From assembly GCA_034659235.1 (NCBI GenBank), contig JAYEGV010000103.1:1-31790 (forward strand): a DNA stretch of 31,790 nucleotides, read 5' to 3'. The position numbers and the translations under genes are program-made. The notes under the pieces are model-generated. The model was not told the origin of the DNA and made no database searches. It saw only the letters and a list, made by a program, of their open reading frames with translations. Every line of letters begins with the position of its first letter. The stretch's first letter is position 1. Source of the stretch: Methanobacteriota archaeon. Lineage in GTDB: Archaea; Halobacteriota; Methanosarcinia; Methanosarcinales; Methanogasteraceae. Shown here one piece after another: positions 25,095 to 31,790 of this stretch.

Positions 25095-26330
25095 TTATAT
25101 AATTTCCCGGACTCTCTCCCAATCACTCACTGTAATCCTCTGACCAGCTTGATGATTGAAACTGCCAAGAACTTCCCGTATTTTTTCTAAATCAATGCAT
25201 TCAGGTATTTCCTTAATTTCCTCAAACGAGTACGCGGTAACAATTGATTTGCCTTCTGTATAGGTCTTGTATTCATCATCTTTGAAAGCAGATTGACGGC
25301 TATATTTTTTCCAGATATCATTTGGTTCGCCGCTGGATAAGTTTTTGATTATGGTATATCCTTTTATTCCCATAATCGGCGAAGTGACATAAAACAATAA
25401 GACCTGTCCATGGTCAACTCCAGGAGATATTCCCCCGCCTCTGAGATAAACACGATCTTTTTTCTCTAATAGGTTGTTTAAATATTTCGGTTTTATGATC
25501 GCGATTAACCCTGCAACTTCTTCAGGGGATTTTGGCAGACTTAAACCAGAAAGCTCTTCTAATTTATCACAATCTATAAGCGTGACACCTTTTTCATTGG
25601 CGTAATCTTTTGCCGAATCTGTGAAAAATGGTGCGAAACAAAATGATACACCTTTAACCATTCCGGATTCGTGGAGTGATTGCAGCTGCTCTTTATCGAC
25701 TTTATTGTCTAATCCGGCATTTATAAATACTGTTGAAATAATGTTCATCCCATTATCAGATTTCTTATATAAATAGCATTCTCTTTCAACCAACTTCTTT
25801 TCATGTTTGAAACCCCATAAACATTCCATAACCCATTTGGAGATCGCTACCCAATCATATTCACCCATATATTTAGCAGATAACCTTTTTACCAACCGAT
25901 AGCTCTCATTCCCCTCGCCATAAAAATCCCCTCTTGACTGAAACTCGAATCCTTTTTTCAGAAAAAATCTAACAGTATCAATTTCACTAACATAGGCATC
26001 GACTTGTATTTGAGTATAACCCCGCTCTATGCAATAGTTTTCGATGTACTCCAAAAGTTCATGACCGTTGCCGCTTTTCCTAAATTCCGGGCATATATAG
26101 AAGTTTTTTAACTCGACTGTTCCACTTGCTGTAACCCGGATAACCCCATCTCCACCAAGTTTTTCAGCAAATAATCCAAAAGCATGTTTCTTACCATCTT
26201 TTATTTTTTTAATAGTCTTTCCAACCCAACCTGCATAATCAGGATAACTCAAATCTTGAGATAACAAAAGCTCTTTCAGCTCTTGAATTTCTTCTTCGGA
26301 TATTATCCGATCGGGGTATCCTTCAGCCAT
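25095..26330 (-). CDS. GNAT acetyltransferase - Mrr-like REase-fold - ASCH/PUA-like fusion
   Basis: GNAT: FYICPEFRKSGNGHELL and RFFLKKGF. Mrr-cat-like tail: FTDSAKDYANEKGVTLIDCDKL. ASCH-like: IIKPKY and FYVTSPIMGIKG...GEPNDIW. AT-rich. Confidence 0.7.
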   Translation of the reverse strand: MAEGYPDRIISEEEIQELKELLLSQDLSYPDYAGWVGKTIKKIKDGKKHAFGLFAEKLGGDGVIRVTASGTVELKNFYICPEFRKSGNGHELLEYIENYCIERGYTQIQVDAYVSEIDTVRFFLKKGFEFQSRGDFYGEGNESYRLVKRLSAKYMGEYDWVAISKWVMECLWGFKHEKKLVERECYLYKKSDNGMNIISTVFINAGLDNKVDKEQLQSLHESGMVKGVSFCFAPFFTDSAKDYANEKGVTLIDCDKLEELSGLSLPKSPEEVAGLIAIIKPKYLNNLLEKKDRVYLRGGGISPGVDHGQVLLFYVTSPIMGIKGYTIIKNLSSGEPNDIWKKYSRQSAFKDDEYKTYTEGKSIVTAYSFEEIKEIPECIDLEKIREVLGSFNHQAGQRITVSDWERVREII

Positions 26331-26332
26331 GT

Positions 26333-26746
26333 TTAACCTTCTTCAACGATTCGTATTTTAAATAAAATAAATTTATTATATTTATCTTTGTAATTTTTGA
26401 TAAAAGCCATAACACCGGAATCGTTGCGGATAGCTGGCGGTATTGTTTCATCAAATATAGTGGATGGTATTTCTTTAAAAGAATTGACTACCAAGCGCTC
26501 TGTAATGATCCCCCATAGTGGGTCAGATTGGTAACCTCGCCTCAATTCAACTGTTCGGCCTTCTTTTATAGTTTTAGTGTTAAATATGTCATTAATCCCT
26601 CGTAACTCCCAGTGCTTCTTTCCTTCACGAAACAATTGATACCATTTCGTATCCAATGGCAAAAATAATCGATTATTCTTTTTTATTTTATCAATTTGCT
26701 CAGGCAACTCGAAGAAATGATGAAGTTTAAGTTGGTCTGATTGCAT
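26333..26746 (-). CDS. ASCH-domain protein
   Basis: FLPLDTKWYQLFREGKKHWELR fits the ASCH GxKxxExR motif. Two nt from the GNAT fusion start. Confidence 0.7.
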   Translation of the reverse strand: MQSDQLKLHHFFELPEQIDKIKKNNRLFLPLDTKWYQLFREGKKHWELRGINDIFNTKTIKEGRTVELRRGYQSDPLWGIITERLVVNSFKEIPSTIFDETIPPAIRNDSGVMAFIKNYKDKYNKFILFKIRIVEEG

Positions 26747-26961
26747 AATAAATAGTACATATCAATAGTATATCAATGTTGCTTCAAACATAAATAACAA
26801 TGCCAGAAGGCGCAGAGATGCCGCAGAATTCATTCGGGGATTGGGCGGCTGGAGCTTTTTATAGTGTAATGCGAGGCTGTCGTGTTCGACCAAAAATCAC
26901 GAATGAACAAATCACACGACTACCGCTGCCCCTTCGCCCCCCCTTCCACTTCTTCGCGCTC

Positions 26962-29229
26962 CTACTTCTTCTTCGCAGCCTTCACCGCCACCTGCTCGGA
27001 AAACACATTCAAGAGATTCATCAGCTTCTCGTACTGCGCGGTCTCGACATGCGAATACCGGATCGGCTTCTTGAACGCCTTTGTCTCCTTCTTCAGCCGG
27101 CGGTACAACCCCTTCGACCGCGAAGTGAGCGCCTCGTCGGTCGTACCCTCGATGAGCATCACGCCGCCAGCACCGCTCCTGTATGCATGGCTCACGATGT
27201 CCGCATCCAGCAGATGGATCGATGGCACCTGAATGAACCTGATAAGAGGTGAGTATTGTGTTCTGTTCACACCTGCAAGATCAGCAGCCGCGTACGCTGC
27301 AGGATCGATGTACGCGATAACACCCATTCCTGCATCAAGAATTCCTTCTGCCTGTGCTTTCAACTCTTCACGCGTATAGTTGGCAATTTCGACCGCTTCG
27401 TTCGGACACACAGCCGCACAGATCCCGCATGTATTACACGATAGTGGATCAAGCACAGGCTTTCCGTCAGCATCCGCCATTACCAGTGCTCCGTACGGAC
27501 ACTCAGCAACACAGATGCCGCATCCATCACACGCATCCGAGATCACTGGTTTCTCTGGCGAGATCGAGATCTCTCCCTTCCCAAGGAACCTGTGAATCTT
27601 GTGCGCAGCACCGATAGCTTCTGTTACCGAGTCATGGATGTCCTTTGGTCCCACAGCACATCCTGCCACAAAGACGCCCGGGTTGAGCGTATTCACAGGA
27701 TCGATCTTGACATGCTTCTCTTCAATGAATCCGTCGCTTCCCACAGGAACCCCGAGCGAATCCGCAAGTTCTCGCGATCCCTTTGAGGGAATAAGTGATG
27801 GGCAGAGCACAACCATATCGAACTCGTCCTGTCCGATCTCACCAAGGAAAGTATCCTCGTAGCGGACCTGTAACCTGCCACCATCCTCACCATTTAGCGG
27901 GGTGATATCAGCCACGCGTCCCCTGACAAAGTTCACTCCGATCTCTTGTGTGTGGTGGTAAAACTCTTCCATCCTTCTTCCTGCCGATCGTATATCGATG
28001 TAGAAGATCGTAACATCCGCATCCGGGTTCATCTTCATGACGAGCTGCGCCTGCTTCTGCGAATAGGGACAGCAGACCTTGGAACAGTGCTTGTTCCCGC
28101 GGTTGAAGTCGCGGGATCCGACGCAGAGAACAAATGCAACCTTCTGCGGCATGGTTCCATCTGACTTCTGCAGACGCATGCCGGTCTTACTCTTTGCAGA
28201 GAGCATATCCTCAAACTCGATTGCGGTTATCACATCAGGATGCCAGTAGTTGTACTCCTCGATTGTCATCGGGTCGATCGACTCAAATCCTGTCGCAATC
28301 GTTATCGCTCCAACATTCACCTCGATATCCTCAGGCACATCATCAAGTCTGATCGCGCCTGCCGCACAAACCTTTTCGCAGAGACCGCACTCGATGCACA
28401 GATCCTTATCGATGATGTATGCCTGTGGGATCGCCTGCGCAAACGGCAGGTAGATCGCATCCTTCGGACACTTCTCCGCACATCTGCCGCATGATGTACA
28501 TGCCTCGATATCCACATACCTGGGCATGCGGCGGAGGATTACATTGTAATCACCCACGTTTCCATCGACCGATGCAACCTCGGTCTGGGTGTAGAGTGTA
28601 ATATTGGGATGGTTGAAGACCGCAACCATCTTCGGGGTGAGGATGCACTGTGAGCAATCAAGCGTCGGAAACGTCTTTGAAAGCCCGATCATCTGCCCGC
28701 CGATGTGTGGCTTCCTCTCGATGAGGATCACCTCGCGATCATCAGCCATCTCAAGCGCAGCTGTTATTCCGGCAATGCCACCGCCAACAACCAGCACGCT
28801 GTCTTTCAGATCCTTTGTGATTGGTTGCAGGGATTCGAGGTTCTGCATCCGGAAGACTGCGCCCTTTACCAAGCCCATCGCTTTTCTTGTAGCCTCATCG
28901 CGATCCTCATGCACCCATGAACACTGCTCGCGGATGTTTGTGATCTCAAGAAGAAGGGGGTTGATGCCTGCTTTTTGTGCCATTGCACGGAACGTCTCAA
29001 GATGGAGTTTCGGAGAACACGAACCGATCACCACGCGGTCGATCAATCCTTTCGTTATATCATCACTGATCCGACCCTGCCCGGCACTGCTGCACAGGTA
29101 ATCCTGGACATTTGTTAGTGCCACACCAGCAATTCCGGAGACTTCATCTGCGATCTTCTCGACATCAACAACATCGCCGATGTTGCCTCCGCATCTACAG
29201 AGATATACACCGATATTTTTGCCGCTCAT
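26962..29229 (-). CDS. hdrA: Heterodisulfide reductase subunit A-like flavoprotein with a C-terminal, Cys-less MvhD-like domain
   Basis: CRCGGNI, CSPKLH, NIREQCSW, GGGIAG, KTFPTLDC, four CxxCxxCxxxC ferredoxin motifs, CVGSRD and CSKVCC. Tail AYAAADLAG...QY. ATG 29229; TTG 29253 is also possible. Confidence 0.9.
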   Translation of the reverse strand: MSGKNIGVYLCRCGGNIGDVVDVEKIADEVSGIAGVALTNVQDYLCSSAGQGRISDDITKGLIDRVVIGSCSPKLHLETFRAMAQKAGINPLLLEITNIREQCSWVHEDRDEATRKAMGLVKGAVFRMQNLESLQPITKDLKDSVLVVGGGIAGITAALEMADDREVILIERKPHIGGQMIGLSKTFPTLDCSQCILTPKMVAVFNHPNITLYTQTEVASVDGNVGDYNVILRRMPRYVDIEACTSCGRCAEKCPKDAIYLPFAQAIPQAYIIDKDLCIECGLCEKVCAAGAIRLDDVPEDIEVNVGAITIATGFESIDPMTIEEYNYWHPDVITAIEFEDMLSAKSKTGMRLQKSDGTMPQKVAFVLCVGSRDFNRGNKHCSKVCCPYSQKQAQLVMKMNPDADVTIFYIDIRSAGRRMEEFYHHTQEIGVNFVRGRVADITPLNGEDGGRLQVRYEDTFLGEIGQDEFDMVVLCPSLIPSKGSRELADSLGVPVGSDGFIEEKHVKIDPVNTLNPGVFVAGCAVGPKDIHDSVTEAIGAAHKIHRFLGKGEISISPEKPVISDACDGCGICVAECPYGALVMADADGKPVLDPLSCNTCGICAAVCPNEAVEIANYTREELKAQAEGILDAGMGVIAYIDPAAYAAADLAGVNRTQYSPLIRFIQVPSIHLLDADIVSHAYRSGAGGVMLIEGTTDEALTSRSKGLYRRLKKETKAFKKPIRYSHVETAQYEKLMNLLNVFSEQVAVKAAKKK

Positions 29230-29479
29230 GTTTTTGCCTGCCTGTTCACCCAAACTTGTTACGCTGCAGGTTCTTTAAGTTTTTCAAATGGCAGTCCTGT
29301 CCTGTCACATGATTCGGATCGATTCCCAAGTTCTTCCGGTGGAGCAGTACGTGTGTGTCTGAGGTGTATGCAGCGAAGGGTTTAAGTATGATGAGTGGTT
29401 CTTACTGCATGAATTGATGTAATTCTGTCATCATCTATACATGAATTGCTATCAATCAATCATATAACAGCATAGATTC

Positions 29480-30025
29480 ATGCACATATTGCATGATCGA
29501 GATGGACGCCCTATGTCCCACATACTACCCACGCGAACAGATGCACCCGAATCAGAAGATTCGAGGAATGTGCTGCATCACAGATACCCGCAACTGCCAA
29601 CATCCAGCATTAATTTATATTTGTTTATTTTAGCATTCCTATTCTCCTTATATGATGCGCTGAGTACCGTTCTATGTATAAACATTCATGGTTATGACAG
29701 TGAGGCAAACATACTCCTCAGATGGATCATGCAGGATTTCGGCGTGGCAGGTTTCGTCGGTGTGAAACTGGGTGTGACCCTGATCGTTCTGGTCGCTGTT
29801 TACTATATTATAACAAATAATATTCATTTTGGACAAAATAATTCAAAAAAATTTTATGGTATCTATCTTGGAGTAATATTGAGTAATGCATACGCAGGCA
29901 CCTCAAATACCGCTGTAGTAATCAAAAACAGCTCTTTTTATTTTTTGAATCTGAATTCCATGCAAATGGTACTGTTGCTGATATTTATACCGCCGATTGT
30001 AGTTTTATTTTTTGATACACGATGA
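29480..30025 (+). CDS. DUF5658-like membrane protein
   Basis: YDALST...GYDSEAN.LLRW...GVKLGV pattern with several TM helices. Start uncertain. Confidence 0.55.
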   Translation: MHILHDRDGRPMSHILPTRTDAPESEDSRNVLHHRYPQLPTSSINLYLFILAFLFSLYDALSTVLCINIHGYDSEANILLRWIMQDFGVAGFVGVKLGVTLIVLVAVYYIITNNIHFGQNNSKKFYGIYLGVILSNAYAGTSNTAVVIKNSSFYFLNLNSMQMVLLLIFIPPIVVLFFDTR

Positions 30026-30341
30026 TGCGGGCACGCCAGTGGTTGCCATCCGCCCGCTATCCAGTGATTCGGAGACTCGCCTCCTCCCCGCTACCCTGCA
30101 AGCGATGATCGTCTGCGGTATTGTCCGCTCCCTTCCGGGCCTAAACCGTTTTCCGCAGCAAAGATTAGCAAACCTGCCCTCCGGCAGACCTAACTATCAA
30201 CGCCATCCCCGCAGGACGGAGATTCATTGTTGGGCATCTGATCTTAAATAGCGTTTGACACGTCTTCCACTGGCTTCGCCCCCCGCATATCGACGGTTTC
30301 GGGTTACAGGTGACGTCGAGTTACCCGGGCTAGCCCGCAAT
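30025..30341 (-). ncRNA. ffs: Archaeal SRP (7S) RNA
   Basis: Minus strand: helix 1 TGCGGGC/GCCCGCA, Alu CTGTAACCCGAAACCG, helix 6 CTGCC-GGAG-GGCAG, helix 8 AGGCCCGGAAGGGAGC. Confidence 0.92.
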
Positions 30342-30360
30342 CACCTAATCTTACAGATGA

Positions 30361-30377
30361 TCCTAATAAGGTTATCC
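30361..30377 (-). promoter_or_regulatory. Putative TATA box of SRP RNA
   Basis: GGATAACCTTATTAGGA about 25 nt upstream of the RNA 5' end, overlapping the upstream stop codon. Confidence 0.4.
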
Positions 30378-30809
30378 GTCCACCGGGACCGGGATATCTG
30401 GCGCACCATATACCTCATGCCAGTCAAGCACCTGTCGATAGGTGCGCACCGTTGACTTGCCTGCACCGAACATCGCTGCAATATCAGCGTCGGTCTTGCC
30501 AGTATCTACTGCATGGATGAATTCATTGATGTCGAAAGGCGTTTCAAAATCCCGCCATCGAAATAGACCCATTTTGATCCTTGCCCGTTCAACATTGCGC
30601 ATCATCTTCCGATCGCCAAGCGATACTGCAATCTCACTGTCGCTACAGTTCTGGTGATACAATTTAAATAGAGTTACCATTTCATCAAGCGTCAGTGTGG
30701 TCTTGATGTTCAGCGCACTAATAGCATCTTTGATCGCCTGATCGGTGGCACCATTGTCCGATCTCAGGGTGATCATCTGTTCAACTGATTCGTCATCGGT
30801 CTCCAGCAT
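30372..30809 (-). CDS. Conserved euryarchaeal HTH protein (resembles haloarchaeal conditioned-medium-induced protein 4 family)
   Basis: SDSEIAVSLG..VERARIKMGLFR.RD..TPFD and C-terminal HTH TDADIAAMFGAGKSTVRTYR. GAGG SD upstream. Confidence 0.55.
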   Translation of the reverse strand: MLETDDESVEQMITLRSDNGATDQAIKDAISALNIKTTLTLDEMVTLFKLYHQNCSDSEIAVSLGDRKMMRNVERARIKMGLFRWRDFETPFDINEFIHAVDTGKTDADIAAMFGAGKSTVRTYRQVLDWHEVYGAPDIPVPVDG

Positions 30810-30879
30810 TGTGTTTCCTCGTTTGTATTATGTTTATGGATATTGTGCGGCGCATTATTAAATCCCTTGTTCCTGCCTG

Positions 30880-31446
30880 TTACTCCACCCCGAATACATT
30901 CTTCCGATAATACCCCGAATACACCGCACCCAGTGGATTGTGCGCAAGTACACGATCCTTTACCGCAAGCGTGGTCACAGGCGCATCCGAATATTTTGTA
31001 AATAGTATGTCATGCCCGATACAGAGTCCGAGAATGATATTCAAATCGGTACGCTCCTTATTCAGGACCCTCGCCTGTCCGAGTGGATTGCACATCGTTT
31101 CATGCGCTCTGGCGTCTCGAATCTTCACAAGCCCGAGATCGTCCTTGTCAATCCCGCCGACCTTGCAGCAGACCGAATGTACCTCAAAATCACGCGACAG
31201 GATCTCGTGTACGATTCTCGCCTCTGCCGAAAGTCCGATGCAGAATGCAATCCCGAGCTTCCTGAATCTCATATTCTTGCAGAAGAGGATCAGTTCTTTG
31301 AGGCGCGTGTGTTTCATATACTCTGACTCGATCCGAGAAGCGATCCGCATCACTTCTACTGCTGGCTCGTAGTCGATATCGGTTGCAACTGTTGTGCAAT
31401 TTTTGCCCTGATAGCATTCCTTGTTGTCACAGAGAGCACATTTCAT
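30880..31446 (-). CDS. DUF1847-family metal-binding protein
   Basis: MKCALC, KLGIAFCIGL, CCKVGGIDK, CNPLGQA, GLCIGHD, KDRVLAHNP. Start set at ATG 31446. Confidence 0.85.
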   Translation of the reverse strand: MKCALCDNKECYQGKNCTTVATDIDYEPAVEVMRIASRIESEYMKHTRLKELILFCKNMRFRKLGIAFCIGLSAEARIVHEILSRDFEVHSVCCKVGGIDKDDLGLVKIRDARAHETMCNPLGQARVLNKERTDLNIILGLCIGHDILFTKYSDAPVTTLAVKDRVLAHNPLGAVYSGYYRKNVFGVE

Positions 31447-31701
31447 ATTATCGTGATTGTCTCTTCTCTTTTCAGTTCGTGTATGAACATGAGGATGCCC
31501 AACTATAAAATATCTCACTCTGCTTACACAATCCCAAAATACTCGTGGCGGTGTGAAATCATCTTCGAGAGGTATTCGGAGGTACTGATTTGCAGCCAAC
31601 CCACCTGATACAACAGTTAATTTAACGTGCGGACATATCGTATACGTTGAAGCAGTATCAAAAATATCCGTTACAATTCCAAGACAAAGGTAACAGATCA
31701 C

Positions 31702-31790
31702 ATGCCCCAGAAAAAAGACTATTATGAGATTCTTGGAGTTCGAAAGGACGCCGATCCCAAGGAGATCAAGAAGGCGTATCGAAAACTGGC
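31702..31790 (+). CDS. dnaJ: DnaJ-domain protein, 5' part (cut by the window end)
   Basis: [30 protein letters not shown] is a J-domain start. Confidence 0.85.
   Translation, partial: MPQKKDYYEILGVRKDADPKEIKKAYRKL

Noticed and set aside
26753-26778. Near-tandem ATAGTA(CA)TATCA repeat upstream of the ASCH gene
   Set aside because: Only two short imperfect copies in AT-rich sequence, so it could easily be chance.
26962-27230. Apparent GC increase at the 3' end of hdrA suggesting a recombined tail
   Set aside because: Judged by eye over a short stretch and partly explained by Ala/Gly-rich sequence. Needs a codon-usage calculation.
30012-30455. ORFs 30012-30251 and 30255-30455; RNase P or riboswitch identity for this RNA
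   Set aside because: The ORFs are antisense to the SRP RNA. The Alu and helix 6/8 motifs identify SRP, and the RNase P GAGGAAAGUCC motif is absent.
31447-31701. 85-aa N-terminal extension on DUF1847
   Set aside because: It would leave no space for divergent promoters with dnaJ, and family similarity starts at MKCALC (31446).
1-31790. CRISPR array, cas genes, rRNA or autonomous transposase
   Set aside because: I saw no regularly spaced repeats, rRNA signatures or transposase/integrase motifs.

Overview
Archaeal chromosomal window, most consistent with a Methanosarcinales-related methanogen/ANME/alkane oxidiser: Fpo-type complex I, HdrA, cfbB (F430 biosynthesis), PriL, archaeal SRP RNA and a BHB-intron tRNA. 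Core content is three tRNAs (Ser-GCT, Asn-GTT, Ile2-CAT with a 22-nt intron), a beta-CASP nuclease, priL, an fpoABCDHI-J1-J2-KLMN operon with no fpoF or fpoO, glyA, cfbB, a stand-alone hdrA-mvhD fusion, SRP RNA and the start of dnaJ. Accessory content has four parts: (1) a V4R / V4R-like / Roadblock / KaiC-GTPase / KaiC signalling cluster; (2) a 1.9-kb patch between two diverged ~390-bp direct repeats, holding an RNase III-domain gene, a DUF1016 remnant and a DUF2683-RelE toxin-antitoxin pair; (3) an AT-rich two-gene island (ASCH protein plus a GNAT-Mrr-like-ASCH fusion); (4) a 162-bp MITE with a 13-bp target duplication plus related palindromic repeats. Several small features are missing from the ORF track: a 29-aa TM ORF inside the fpo operon, a 41-aa ORF in the signalling cluster and a 7-codon HicA stub. 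Family assignments come from motif recognition by eye; no searches were run.
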